Assembly: GCF_009914755.1 (NCBI RefSeq)
Contig: NC_060926.1
Source of the DNA: the human T2T-CHM13v2.0 reference genome, Homo sapiens
Reading direction: 5' to 3' (one strand)
Length of the DNA: 64,000 nt
Shown: one piece after another, positions 30,491 to 45,344 of the stretch
Position numbering within the stretch: position 1 is the first letter of the stretch
Layout of the letters: every line of letters starts with the position of its first letter
The notes under the pieces: model-generated
Databases searched by the model: none
What the model was told of the DNA's origin: nothing
What the model saw: the letters and a program-made list of their open reading frames with translations, nothing else
Translations under genes and position numbers: made by a program

Positions 30491-31230
30491 CACATATATA
30501 TGTATATATGTATATGTATATATGTGTATATATATGTATATATATGTGTGTGTATATATATATAAAATACAATATCAAAATCAGGAGATTGGCATTGGTG
30601 CAATACTATTAACTAGATACAGGTCTTATTCAGCTTTTACCAACGTTTACATGCATTCATTCATTTGTATACATGTATATAGGTTTATGCAATTTTATCC
30701 CTTGTATGGATTCTAGCAAAGGATCTAAATGAGTGATATAATCCGATTTATGTTTTTGACATCAACTGCTAAGAGGAGAATGGGTTGTGTCAGAAGACCA
30801 GTTAAGAGGCTGCTACTTTAATGCAGCGAGGGCCAATAGTTGTTCAATCTAGCGTTGAGGCAGCATAGATGGTGAAAATAAATGGAATTATTTGGGAGGT
30901 AGAAGAGGTGGGGTCCATAAGGCTTGGGGTAAACTTGATGTGAGAGATGAGAGAAGGGAAGAAATGAAAATACTCACAGGTATCTGGCTTGCACAGCTTA
31001 AACAGCCAGGTGGGTGGTGATGTTTACTGGGAGGATGCTACTTGGTGAAGGAGAAGGTTTGGTGGAGGGTGTCTTGAACGTATAAATTTGAGATGCAGAT
31101 GAAAGAACACTGGGTGGAAGATACACATTTGAGAGTCAACAGCATAAAGACACTATTCAAAGCCAATAAAAGGCTTTGTGTGAGGTCACCAATGGGGTAA
31201 GTATAAAGAGAGAAGACGAGCCAGAGCAAA
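29830..31230 (-). mobile_element. L2 interrupted by an L1M fragment (~30350-30715) containing a (TA/TG)n tract (30455-30563)
   Basis: Antisense L2 motifs (ttatgtattgaacact, aaatttgagatg); L1M gattggcattggtgcaatactattaactag. Confidence 0.6.
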
Positions 31231-31602
31231 GTGCTGAGCAACTCAATACCGTAAATAGCACTTGCTCTTCTGGCCTATCATTTGCTGGTCATTACATCAA
31301 TAATCTCCTCAGAGAGACTATAAACCTCAAGCTGCAGAGATCCTGCCTTATAATCCTGCTCTATTCTTGACAATGCCTGGCATGGTTCTGTGCACATAAG
31401 GAATGCTCAATGAATTCACTTCCATTCAGTAAATATTTGCTAATCACGACCAATTGCACTAGGGAGACAAAGAAGACCCCTGGTTAATTGGTTCAACAGT
31501 TACTCCCAACTTCCACCTGTATTAAAATAATGAAGTGAATGGAGTCAGATTGGACATTTTCCTCTCTTCTGATATTGATTTGACTGTACAAAAAAGATAT
31601 CA

Positions 31603-32208
<606 letters not shown>

Positions 32209-32287
32209 TTAAAATGTTTCATATTTTCTTCTCAATACTGACACCAGCCACCTCTAACAATGTTTTCTAAAGTCTTAATATCTTATT

Positions 32288-34135
32288 GAAGAGGACACAC
32301 AAAAAATGGAGAGACATTCCATGCGTTAATTCTGGCATTAATTCTTCTGATCCATAAGTCAGAAGAATTAATATTATTAAAATTACCATAATAACTAAAG
32401 CAATCTAAACATTCAATACAATTCCCATCAAAATTCCAATGACATTCTTCACAGAAATAGAAAAAACAACCCTAAAATTTCTATGAAACTAGAAAAGACC
32501 ATGAAGACTCAAAACAATACTGAGCAAAAAAACAAAGCTGAAGACATCACACTATCTGACTTCAAAATATATTAATAATACAAAGCTATAGTAAGCAATG
32601 CAGCATGGTATTGGTATAAAAACAGATACAGAGACCAATGTAACAGAATAGAGAACTCAAGAATAAGTCCACATATTTACAGCCAAATGATTTTCAACAA
32701 AAGCGCCAAGAACAAACACTGGGGAAAGGGCAGTCTCTTCAATAAAAGGTGCTAGGAAACTGGATATTCATAGGCAGAAGAATGAAATTAGATCCCTATC
32801 TCCCACCATATTTAAAAATGGACTCAACATGGATTAAAGACTTAAGTGTAAAACCCAAAACTGTAAAACTACTAGAAGAAAACACTTTAGGACATTGGCT
32901 TAGGCAAAGATTTTATGGGTCAGACTTCAAAAGCACAGGCAACAAAAACAAAAACAAATAGGACTATATCAAACTAAAAATATTCTGCACAACAAAGACG
33001 AGAATCAACAGAGTAAAGAGACAACCTGCTGGATGGGAGAAAAGTTGTGCAAACTATTCATCCGACAAGGAACCAACATTCAGAATATACAAGGAACTCA
33101 ACTCAATAGCAAAAAACACAAATAATCCTATTTTTAAATGGGCAAAGGATCTGAACAGACGTTTCTCAAAAGAAGGAAGACCAATGGCCAACAGGTATAT
33201 AAAACAATGCTCAACATCACTAATCATCAGGGAAATGCAAATCAAAACCACAATGAGATATCATCTTACCCCAGTTAGGCTGGCTATCATCAAAAAGACA
33301 AAAAATAACAAATCCTGGCAAGGATATGGAGAAAAGAGAACTCTTATACACTGTTGGTGGGAATGTAAATTAGTACAGTCACTATGGAAAACAGTACAGA
33401 GATTTCTCCAAAAAAAAAAAAAAAAACTAAAAATAGAACTACCGTACTATCCAGCAATCCCACTACTGGGTATTTATCCAAAGGAAAGGAAATCAGTATA
33501 TAAAAGATAAATCCACACCCCCATGTTTATTGCAGCTCTATTCACTATTGTCAAGAGATGGAATCAACCTAAATATCCATCAACAGATGAATAGGTAAAG
33601 AGAATGTGGTATATATACACAACAGAATACTAGTCAGCGATAAAAAAGAATAAAATCCTGTCTTCTTCAGCAATATCAAGAAACCTGGAGGATATTATTA
33701 TGTTAAGTGAAATAAGTCAGGCACAGAAAGATAAATACCACGTGTTCTCACTCATGTGGGAGCTGAAAAAAATTGAACTCATAAAAGTAAAGAGTAGAAT
33801 TGTGGTTATTTGAGACTGAGAAGGATGGAGGAAGGGGAGGATAGAAAGAGGTTGGTTAATGGATGCAAAGTTACAGCCTGATGGGAAAAATATGTTCTAG
33901 TGTTCTGTAGCACTGTAGGGTGAATACAATTAACAATAATTTACTATATATTTTCAAAAAGCTAAAAGACAAGAATTTGAATGCCCACAACACAAATGAT
34001 AAGTGTTAGAGGTGATGCATATGATAGTTATCTTTATTTGATCATTACACATTGTATATATGTACTGAAATATCACTCCATCACATAAATATGTACAATT
34101 ATTATGTGCCAACTAAAAATAAAAGGAAAAAAGAA
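32288..34135 (+). mobile_element. L1MA: disrupted ORF2 C-terminus and 3'UTR
   Basis: Fragments translate to L1 ORF2p ([49 protein letters not shown]). Confidence 0.92.
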
Positions 34136-34152
34136 CACAATTATTAAAATCA

Positions 34153-34468
<316 letters not shown>

Positions 34469-34794
34469 AAATCACATTTTCTTCATAAAAATATGTATTT
34501 TTATGAAAAAGAAATCATAATTTTAAGAGTGATATTCCTCTTTTTATTTTTTCATATTTAATGACATTGCTGAACAAATGGAAATTTTGATGTTTGGGGG
34601 AAGAAAGTACAAATTTCCTAGAATTATCATATGCCAAAATAACAGTTGTTTATTAAATACTTTTGAGAGTTTTTGGAAACTATTAAATGCAGGCTGTGGT
34701 GGGTATACTACAATTTCTAAATGATAATGGCAAAACAGCTTATTGATTAATCAAATATTTCAGTTGCTATGGAAACAATTGCTAATATGTTGAG

Positions 34795-35149
34795 TGATAT
34801 GGTTTGGCTTTGTCCCCACCCAAATCTCATCTTGAATTCCCACGTGTTGTGGGAGAGACCCCGTGGGAGGTAACTGAATCGGCGGGGGGGCAGGTCTTTC
34901 CCATGCTGTTCTTGTGATAGTGAATAAGTCTCACAAGAACTGATGGTTTTAAAAACAGGAGTTTCCCTGCACAAGCTCTCTCTCTTTGCCTGCTCCCATC
35001 CATGTACAATATGACTTGCTCCTCCTTGTCTTCAACCGTGATTGTGAGGCCTCCCCAGCCACATGGAACTGTAAGTCCATTAAACCTCTTTTGTAAATTG
35101 CCCAGTCTTGGGTGTGTCTTTATCAGCAGCATGAAAACAGACTAATACA
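34795..35149 (+). mobile_element. THE1 solo LTR (THE1C-like)
   Basis: tgatatggtttggc...gactaataca. Confidence 0.9.
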
Positions 35150-35736
35150 TTGGTTTTGAATATCACCATTGTGAGAAATTATCTAATATATCAAAAACAA
35201 GAAAAATATATTTTCTATTTCATAGAGTGCCCTTTGACTCTTCTGTCTGATAGCATGGGCTTTGTGATGGGTGTTTTAGCTTGAAACTGAATACACAGTG
35301 AGAAGGCATGAGGGTGGTGTGAGTGGCTCCTTGCTATGAACCTGAAAAACCTTTTGTTGGATGGATGGCCTAGAGAAACTTCTCACTCTTCAGAGAATTC
35401 AGAATTTTTGTCCCTTTTCAAAATATCTGTAATTGCATTTAATTCTTTTTTCTAACTTACAAATTAATACCATAATTTTATGTATTCATTCAGTGACTAG
35501 TTATTGGGTCCTATTATGTGCCAGGCATGGTTCTAGAGACACAAAAACAAAAATCCTTGTTTTCTCCCATTCTAGTGGGGTACTCAGAAAATAAACAAAA
35601 TGCATCTCATGAAGGAATTCAGGAATAAAATCTGAATGCAGAACAGAGACATACAGCTGTGATGGTGCTAAAGACCAGAGCCAAAGCATAACCCATGCTT
35701 TACGGGATCTAGCATTCAAATCATTTTGGTTAGCCC

Positions 35737-36500
35737 TGTGGACTGACCATGCCTCCCCTCCCCATCAAAATTCATATGTTGAAGCCCTGATCCTCAATGT
35801 GGTTGTATTTGGAGATGGGGCCTCTAAGGAAGATGTTTAAATGAGGTTGATATGGTTTGGTTTTGTGTCCCCACCCAAATCTCACCTCAAATGGTAATCC
35901 CTATGTGTTGAAGGAGGGGCCTGGTGGGAGGCAATTGGATCACAGGGGTGGATCTCCCCCTTGCTGTTCTCATGATAGTGAGTTCTCACACGATCTCATG
36001 GTTTAAAAGTGTGTGGTACTTCCCCCTTCTCTTTCTCTCTTTCCTGCTCTGGCATGGTAACACATGCTTGCTTCCCCTTTGCCTTACGCCATGACTGTAA
36101 GTTTCCTGAGGCCTCCCAGCCAAGCCTCCTGTACAGCCTGCAGAACTGTGAGTCAACTAAATCTCTTTTCTTCATAATTTATCCAGTCTCAGGTAGTTCT
36201 TTATAGCAGTGTCAGAACAGATCAATATAAAGGTCATAAGGATGAGCCCCTGATCTAGTAGGATTCATGTCCTTATAAAAAGAAACAACAGAGAGCTCTC
36301 TGTCACTCTGTTTATCATATGAGGATACAGCAAGAAGGCAGCCCTCTGCAAGCCAAGAATAGAGCCTCACCTGAGTCCCACCATGCTGACCTGACCTTGG
36401 ACTTCCAGCCTTCAGAACTGTGTGTGAGAAAATACATTTCTGTTGTTTAAGCCACCCACTCTGTCGTAATTTGTTATGGCAGCCTGGAGAGACTAATACA
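35737..36500 (+). mobile_element. MLT1 LTR with nested MSTA LTR (35848-36229)
   Basis: MLT1 halves join at aaatgaggt|cataagg; MST tgatatggtttgg; TSD gaggt/aaggt. Confidence 0.8.
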
Positions 36501-37519
36501 ATTAGTAAGCCAGATAAAGCCTGGACGATCACTTACTGCAATGGTCTTTAATAACTACTTTCTAGTGTTTTACTTTTATGGCTATTTGACAGGTAATATC
36601 AGAGCAACTAAGTCTGATTTGGGGAGGAAAAAAACCGATGTGTTATTTACATCTTACATTCTCCATTCTATTCTTTTATAATAATTTATCCTCTACCTCC
36701 TTCCAAACAGGTTTGCAACATCCTTACTATAAAAGTTATAAATTGAAATAATGATGACATGGAATAAAAGGAGAAACCAAAAGCAGGAAAATGTGGAAAC
36801 ATGTTCAAGGAGGAAGAACTAACACAGTCATTTGTGTTGAGCCTCTTGACGGCCAAGCAAAACTTAAGGAAGTGAGAACGAGACTGACCATCCTAGAACC
36901 AATCTGGGGACTTAGGTGCCATGTGTCATGTGTGATCTGTGCGGGGCCAGCAAAGCCACAGCTGGTGGTCAGCAAATGAAAACTATTCCCCACAGATCCC
37001 ATCCCCCCAGAGAATGTCTGCATGATAATTTTCCACTTCCATCTAACTTAGCTTCCTGTTCACTGTAAGATCTGAATAAATGCTTTTTCCTCATATTAAT
37101 TTTTACAAATGAATGAATGGGATTTCAGAGCTACCCAAATCAGAATTTGAAAACAATACTCTTTTGGCTGTTCTTAGGAGGCAGGAAGCATACTAAAACC
37201 ACCCGAAGGCACCATATAAAAGGTTACACAAAGATCACCACTGGTCACTATCTTCAGGATCTATGGTGAATTTGAGAACCTAGCCACCTATCTCCACACT
37301 CTAATTTTGCTGTAATTCTGTAGCGAGTTCATCAAACTGTCCTGCTCTCAGCCAGCTACCTAGGACCAAGTCATAATGTAAGGATCTGGGGAGGAATTAG
37401 GTGCTGATAAGAAGCGTCTCAAAAAAAAAAACAAAAAAAGACAGACAGAGAGAATGAATGAATGAATACATGAATGAATGTGCTGGAAGTGAGATAGGAT
37501 AAAACAGCCATCAGAGCCG

Positions 37520-37910
37520 GACCACCCTTCTCCTCCCTGGTCTGTGCCCTGAGACTGGCCTCTTGCCCTTTGGCTTCTGCTTGAGTTTGGCCAGTGAGGA
37601 GCTCTGGACACTGCAGGACTACAAGGGCAGGAAACTATTTCTCTGGCTCCCTCCCTCCCTGCAGGGTCATCTCAGGCTGACCAACTCCGCAGGTCCCAGC
37701 TCCTTTTGTCCCCCTTCCAGGATTCCATGGCTGCCTCTCCCCTCACCCCTCCAGAACTAAGTGCTGCCATAGCACCCCCTGGTTCCTCCCCTGATGTCTT
37801 GCATTATTCCTTGTGGTTTCCCTACACCCTGCTCACACCATTAAAACTTGTCACTTAACTCACCTCAAACCACCCAATTTGAAAGTGCCATCTGTTTCCT
37901 GATGAAACCT
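37520..37910. mobile_element. Old ERVL-type LTR (LTR33-like)
   Basis: cttgccctttggcttctgcttgagtttggccagtgaggag; gtgccatctgtttcctg. Confidence 0.45.
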
Positions 37911-38093
37911 TGGCCCACAAGAGATCCTACACAGCCTCAGGAGGTGGACACACGTGGATTCTTCACAGCCTGAAACTGCCATTCACTAACATGGGACCTT
38001 GGGCAAGTCATCCTTTTAAGACTTTCTCTCTCTCTCTTGCTCTCAACAGTCTCAGTTTGTTGCCCAGGCTGGAATCCAGTGGCACAATCATAG

Positions 38094-38935
38094 TGATAGA
38101 GGCAGGAGGCAGAGAAATCCTAGACTTATAGGAGCAGGTCCCTGGTGAAACCCCACCTTCAAGCCAAAAACAGCCTGAAACCCATGGATCAGAGTGAGAA
38201 CTTCTATTCCTGTTTACTCGCTCTCTCCCAATTGATTATTTCTGAATAATGCCTTTTGGCCAATTAAAAGTTGCCTTTTCCAGTACTACCTATGGCCTGC
38301 CCCACCCCCATCCTGTGCCTATAAAGACCCCATACTCAGTTGGTAGAGGGGAGATGGCCTGACTTTGGGGAGGAGACCTCCTGACTTCGGGAGAAGATGA
38401 CCTGCCCTTCTCGTCCCCCGTCTAGCTCCCCTCTCTGCTGAGAGCTGTTTTCATCCCTCAATAAAATTCTCTGCCCTCACCATTCTTCAATTGTCAAGCA
38501 TGACCTCATTCTTCTTGGACACTGGACAAGAGCTCGGGACCCACTGAGTACAGGTACCCAGAAAGGCTGTTACACTGGTCCTTTGCCCTCACTGGCAGAG
38601 GGCAGCCACTCCATGCAACGGGGCAGGGGCCAACTGAGCTGCTAACACACTGCCATCCACTGAGCTATGGACGGCAGAACTAAAATAACTAATTAGCACA
38701 CTAACACCCACTCTGGGGCTTGAGCACCCTTGCCTGCATTCTGCTTGAGGAGACACACCTGGTCTGGCCTTGGGCCCTGCATGGAGCTTGCTCCTGTTTC
38801 AGCAGATTGTCCAGCAGGGTCCTACACTCACTTGCTCATGTGCTCCTTCCTGCAAGGGGCTGAGCATGGCGGGCCGGGTAGACAGGGTGCCCCTGCTGTG
38901 AGTCCAGCAAACGGGCTGAGAAAAATCCTGCATCA
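38094..38935 (+). mobile_element. ERV1 solo LTR (LTR27/LTR28/MER52 group) inserted in an antisense AluJ (~38030-39125)
   Basis: tgataga...aaaatcctgcatca termini; TATA-like cctataaaga and aataaa; 4-bp TSD atag. Confidence 0.82.
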
Positions 38936-39424
38936 ATAGCTCACTGCTGCCTTGACCTCCTGGGATCCTCCTGCCTCGGCCTCTGGAGTATCTGGGACTA
39001 CAGGAACGCATCACTACACCGGCTATTTTTATTTTTAGTAGAGGTGAGGTCTCAGTACATTGCCCAGGCTGGTCTTGTTCTCCTGGCCTCAAGCGATTTT
39101 CCCAGCTAGGCCTGCATGCCCAGTCAGACTGTTTTTTAATTGGTGCAACACAGACGCTAATAGTAGCCACTAAGAAGGTTGCTATGAGGACTAACACATT
39201 CATCTGAGAGGCTCAGCACCATGAGGGGCACACAGTAATGCTCAATAAACAGCAGTTATTTGGGGGAGCAGCTGCCCTCCAGCCAGCATCTAGTTCCCAC
39301 CTTCCCCATCACCCACTGCTCTTCATCACCATCTGCCCAACACTAACAAGCAGTTAGTTCACACTGCACCATTGTCCTCTCCTGCCTGGGAACATTTCTA
39401 CAGGGACTCTGGTAGCTCCTCAAG

Positions 39425-40190
39425 TGATGAGGTTCAGGACACACTACTCCAGAATATTTTAAATGAAGGAATATGAGAAAATGCAGAAGAAGGAAGGTCT
39501 TCTGATCTTCCCCTGCCCTTCACCCCTGAAGCAAGTCATACAAACCTCATGTGAGGGGTGCCTTTCCTATACCAGAGGAAAGGAACATCCTTATCTCAGA
39601 AGATGAAGGGGCACAGAGAAGCATCTGGACAGGTGGGCCTTACTTAGTTTCCCCCAGTTAATTACCATTAGATCACACTCTTTGCCTTCTCTTATTTCTC
39701 CACGACTATCCACTCCTTATCAAACCTACTATAGAAAACACTCTGGCACTTTGGGAGGTCAAGGCAGATCACTTGAGGTCAAGGTCAAGATCGCTTGAGC
39801 CCAAGATTTTGAGACCAGCCTGAGCAACATGGCAAATCCCCGTCTCCACAAAAAATAGAAAAATTAGCTGGGTATGGTGATGCACGCTTGTAGTCCCAGC
39901 TACTTGGGAGGCTGAGGTGGATCACCTGAGCCCTGAGCCAGGGGAGATGGAGGCTGCAGAGAGCCATGATTTTGTCATGACTGTGCAACTGTACTCCAGC
40001 CTGAGCAACACAGTGAGACCCTGTCTCAAACAAACAAACAAACACTGGCTTAACTGTTTCTTCAGGTCTTCACTTCCTTATGTAAAACTTATATTAAATA
40101 AATTTGCATGCTTTTCTCTTGTTAATCAGTCATTTGTTTTAGGAGCCTTAGGCCATGAAATTAGGATGAAAAGATATTTTCCTCCCTTAT
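39425..40190 (+). mobile_element. MER39-like LTR with nested AluJ (~39745-40045)
   Basis: ggttcaggacacactactcc...; Alu flanked by aaacact. Confidence 0.7.
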
Positions 40191-40199
40191 AATCCCCAG

Positions 40200-40870
40200 T
40201 CACCATTTCCAGTCACTTGGAGATTCTTTCTTTCTTCCTCTCTTGTCTCCAGCAGCCATTCCCCCGTGGATGGGCTGGCTTCCTGATGGATCATTCCCAC
40301 ACAAGTAGAACAACTTTGGACTCATTCTCACATCATCATCACCCCAGAAGGAAAGGGTCCAGTGTTCTCCTGATCCAGACCTCCATGGAGATGCTGCTCA
40401 CGCTTTGTGCCCCATCTGCATTGTACCAGCTCAACCACGCCCATGGCTTCCCTAACACCCATGTCGTGATGAGTCTCAAATCCAAATTCCTACGCCTGCA
40501 TCCAGGCCAGCATCTCCACTTTGGTGTCCCACAGACACCTCAAATACAACATGTCAAAAACTGAGCTCATTCCTCCCCAGCCTGCTCCAAACCCTCCCTT
40601 CCTCCTCTTTTCCTTTCCTTGTTATTAACACCTCACTCCCCCAGACTGCCAAGCCAGCAACTTGGGGTGTCACCCATGATTCATCACTCTCACTCTTCAC
40701 ATCCTGTCAGCTGCCAAATCCTGAAGAAGTTATCTTTTAAATATCTTTTGAATCAATTTTCTGGTTCAATGGTTTCTCTTCTGGTGAACTTCAAACACCT
40801 TCTCCTTGGCCCTTTCCGCCTAAACCTTTCTCTGCTGGACCACCAGAGCAAGCTTTCTGAGTTCATACTC
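40200..40870 (+). mobile_element. L2 fragment
   Basis: catctccactttggtgtcc...caacatgtcaaaaactgagctc. Confidence 0.65.
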
Positions 40871-41006
40871 TATCGCATTGCAGGCTTCTATTAACAACAG
40901 CTACTGTTTACAGTGATGGGCTAGATGCTGTTTTATCATGCCTTGCATGTATTAAATCATTGAAACATCTCAACAATTTTATAAGACAGGCCATATTCTT
41001 ATCGTC

Positions 41007-41615
<609 letters not shown>

Positions 41616-41749
41616 TATCATCCCTATTTGTTAAGGTGAGCCAAAGGATAGCCTCCACCCATAGCGTTATTTACCTCTGTGTTTCTTCTTCACCCCTCTC
41701 CCACCTTGACCTTCCTCTTCTCCACCTATCACAACCACCACCACTTTTA

Positions 41750-42250
41750 CTTACAGAGCCTTAAAACCGTTCAGGATTCCCACTGTCTGCCCTGCAGAAT
41801 AAAGCGCAGCTCCTGGGCCTGACACCAACGGCTTCGAGAGCCCCACGCCCGACAGGCCTTCCATGGCTGGCAGGCAGGCATACCTCCCAAAGAGAACAGA
41901 TCTCCAGCTGCATCCAATTGCTTGCAGCTTCCCCAACAAGCTGCATTCTTCTGCCTTTTCACATGTAAATTGCCTCTTAAATGTCTGTGCCTAAACCTCA
42001 TCGCCGCTTGGCACCTGGTGAATTCACGCTCCTTCTTAGAAATTCGGCATAAGCATTGCTCCCTCCAAAAGCCTTCTCTGACGCCTGTAGGCCTCACCAC
42101 ATTCATATCCATGTTACGGAACTTAGCACACTGCAACACTACCCTTGAATATCTTTCTCCAAAGGGGAAGGGCTACAGTTCTATTTATCTTTAGATTCCC
42201 AGTGCCTGACACATACTAGGTTTTTGAAAGCTTGATGAATAAATAAATGA
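41750..42250 (+). mobile_element. L2 3' end
   Basis: cccagtgcctgacacatac...gaataaataaatgaa tail. Confidence 0.65.
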
Positions 42251-43065
42251 AGAAACAAATAAAGGAACTCATGAAGGGCAAATACAAGGGGACAGCTGTG
42301 GAGAATGATTTGATGTATAATACCCATATTAATTGGGTTTTATTAACTACAGAAATGATTCTAACTTTTGTAACTCCAGAACCTCTTTAGTTATCACATT
42401 TCTTGGTTATACATGTAGGTTGGAACATGCATGTGAAATTTTTATTCCGTAAACCATACTTGATTAGACAAATAATGTAACTATATTGGGAGGGTTTCCT
42501 TTTTAAAATAAAAATCACCAAATAACTCTTGTTCAAAGTTAACTTTATCCAGTCAAATACAAACAGCGCCCAGCCCTAAAGCATAGTTATGTATACAAAT
42601 CTTGTCTTTCAGAGGGTATCAAAAGTCTAGTGGGGAAACGTGTGAGAGATAAAAGTTTCAACTGAAATGGAAGTTATAAAAGAATGTGTTTAGACAGACA
42701 TGCCGATTTACTATAATAGCCCAATAAAACTTCACATCCCCTATTGCTCAGAGCCTTCCTTTTGGGGAGAACTGGGATTCCGTGTTGATATAGACCAATC
42801 CCATATTAATCACTTCTTTCCTCTTTAAGAGTCAGATACAACAAGAGTAAAATTCTCCAAGATTATAATGATAAAATCGTTTCCCTTCATTTGGTAGAAA
42901 GAATTTAAGTTTACAGTTAAAATCTCCAGGTAGATAGCATTTTCAGAAAAGAGTGTCTGCCTTTAATTTTTATCAGAACAAGGAAAGTTATACTAAACTA
43001 TTCAGCTTTGTCAACAAAGCCACTTCCTGAGGGCTTCATCTTCAGGCCAGGCACTGGGTGGGTCC

Positions 43066-43442
43066 TGAGGCAGAATAGGGTCTGGAGGCAGGGAACATAA
43101 GGCCAATTCCGCTGATTTCCTAGAACTAACTCAAATGGAAACACTCCAGCTATGACAGGAAATATCCTCTCTATTTACGTAGAGCGTACACCGAGTCAAT
43201 GACTTTGTAACTTTACTTCATCCTCTTCATTTATATAGGTTGTACACCCAGTAACCAATGGAAACCTCTAGAGAGTATTTAAACCCCAGAAAATTCTGTA
43301 ACCAGGCTCTTGAGCCCCTATGCTCGGGCTGCTCCCACCCTGTGAAATGCACTTTCATTTTCAATACATCTCTGCTTTTGTTGCTTCATTCTTTGCTTGT
43401 TTTGTTTGTTCATTTTGTCCTGGACACCCTCCACCCGTAACA
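43066..43442 (+). mobile_element. MER61-family ERV1 solo LTR
   Basis: tgaggcagaatagggtctggaggcagggaacataaggcc...gtaaca; 4-bp TSD gtcc. Confidence 0.85.
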
Positions 43443-43475
43443 GTCCCACTACAACTCCCTCAGAAAATGATGCGG

Positions 43476-43770
43476 TGTTTTGTTTTGTTTTTTTGACGGA
43501 GTCTCACTCTGTTGCCCAGGCTGGAGTGCAGTGGCGTGATCTCTGCTCACTGCAATCTCCGCTTCCCAGGTTGAAGCGATTCTCCTGCCTCAGCCTCCTA
43601 AGTAGCTGGGACTACAGGGATGTGGCACCATGCTCAGCTAATTTTTGTATTTTTAGTAGAGACAGGGTTTCACCATGTTGGCCAGGCTGGTCTCGAACTC
43701 CTGACCTCAAGTGATCCACCTGCCTTGGCCTCCTAAAGTGCTGGGCTTATAGACGTGAGCCACCACGCTT
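43476..43770 (-). mobile_element. AluS
   Basis: Antisense dimer. Confidence 0.9.
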
Positions 43771-44599
43771 ACACTGGACTGAGAGACATTTGCTTGTGAA
43801 TCAAAATTCAAATATGTTCATATACTATGGTTACAAAGGCAAGAAATAAGTACATTTTCTAAAATTTTTCCAACAGGAGCTGAAATGCTAAGAGCTAAAT
43901 ATTCAGTTTACCATAAAAATCTAAGCTCTGGGAGGCCATTGCTGAGCATTCTGATGGCTCCGGCTTTCCTAGAGTGTTTCTCAGTGTACTATGCTCTGCA
44001 AAAATGAGAAACGTGGAATGCTATCCAGTTTCTTTCTCTTGACAGTTCATCAGCTGAATCCAGGCCAAAAAGAAAAAAGAAAATAGTTGAAAAGAGGCAT
44101 ATTCAAAAGGGTAGGAGATAAGAGGAAAATAATCGTTCGGAGCTATGAGCATAGCCATTTTATGTGAGATAAGGCTATAAAGACAAAGTATTCTAAGGGC
44201 TTTCTTTGCGACATTTTCTTGTTCTATGAACCCCCGCCCCCACACCCCCAGGGCAGAACCACTTTACAGCAGAAAAGGGTGTGTGTGTGTATTTATATCT
44301 CCTTTAACACTGGGGTCTTCTGCCACAACCATCATGAGCTAATCCTTGACAAGGAAAGTAGTTCATTTCATAACTATAGGAAGGTTTAAAGAGCCTGCCT
44401 AAATTCATATCACCACCCTGGAACGGGAATTAGATTTCAACTAAATGGAAAAAAATTCTAACAAATACAAATGTCCAATTTTGACTTGGCTGTTACTGGA
44501 AATTTGAGGCAATTTCAAGCAAGGACTTGAGGGTCAGACTCGAGGAAAGAGGTAGACCTGCCATCTTCGGTGAGTGTGCATCCTTGGGGTGGGTGGTCT

Positions 44600-45122
44600 G
44601 CAGAGATGGCCACCAACTGTTCCTCCCATCCAGAGGGGGCGTCTGTCTCCACTCCCCTTGGATCTGGGCTGTCCCCGTGACTTGGTTGACCCAGTAGGAT
44701 GTTTCAGAGCAGCAACATGTGACTTGCAGGGCTCCTTCTTAAGAGACCCTGCAGCTTCCACATCTGCCCTCTTAGAAGACAGCCACCATGTCAAGAAGAT
44801 TAGGCTAAACTACTGAAGGATGAGAGACCAGGGAGACAAAGAGAGACCACCCAGGAGAACCCAAGCCCCTCGGCCCACAGCCGGCACCAAGGCCCAGACC
44901 TGTGAGTGGGGCCATCTTGCACCCTCCAGCCCCACTCCAGCCAATATCATGGCAGAGCGACCCAGCCATCCCAGCCAGCTCAGCTGAGGACCTACCACCA
45001 TTAATGACCTGCTGAGCCCTACCTGAAGCCCTGACTCACAGGATCTGAACAAATAAAAGAGGAGGCCTTTGAAATCCACTAAGTTATGGGGTGGTTTGTT
45101 ACACAGGAATAGATGATTCATC
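44600..45122 (+). mobile_element. MLT1 (F/G/H-like) LTR
   Basis: ctccccttggatctgggctg...ccactaagttatggggtggtttgttacac. Confidence 0.75.
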
Positions 45123-45344
45123 CAAAATGTGGCCAGTTATATCAAGAGTGCTTACTTCATCACATTGATAAGAAGCAGTGAATATGTGTGATTCTGTGAG
45201 CAGAGAATCACATAGGCAGGAATAGGCTTAGCACTGTGCCTATACCTGCCAGGCAATGAACACTCCATAAAAGTGAGTTATTATTTACTATTGTCATTTT
45301 CAAAGAGAGCCTGAGTAACCTGCCGGTAATGTTGTAAAAGGAGT

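Noticed and set aside
32749-33510. ORFs resembling L1 ORF2p
   Set aside because: Fragments of a dead, 5'-truncated L1MA with stops and frameshifts.
34482-34507. 12-bp AT-rich inverted repeat ttcataaaaata-tg-tatttttatgaa
   Set aside because: Low complexity; plausible by chance in AT-rich DNA.
36532-36565. Strong minus-strand donor GCA|GTAAGT as a FAM124A exon-2 equivalent
   Set aside because: No polypyrimidine acceptor nearby and no peptide similarity.
39212-39230. RE1-like ctcagcaccatgagggg
   Set aside because: Right half-site GGACAG is absent and it lies in MIR-derived sequence.
45187-45212. 9-bp hairpin tgtgattct...agaatcaca
   Set aside because: Too short to be informative; no ncRNA features.
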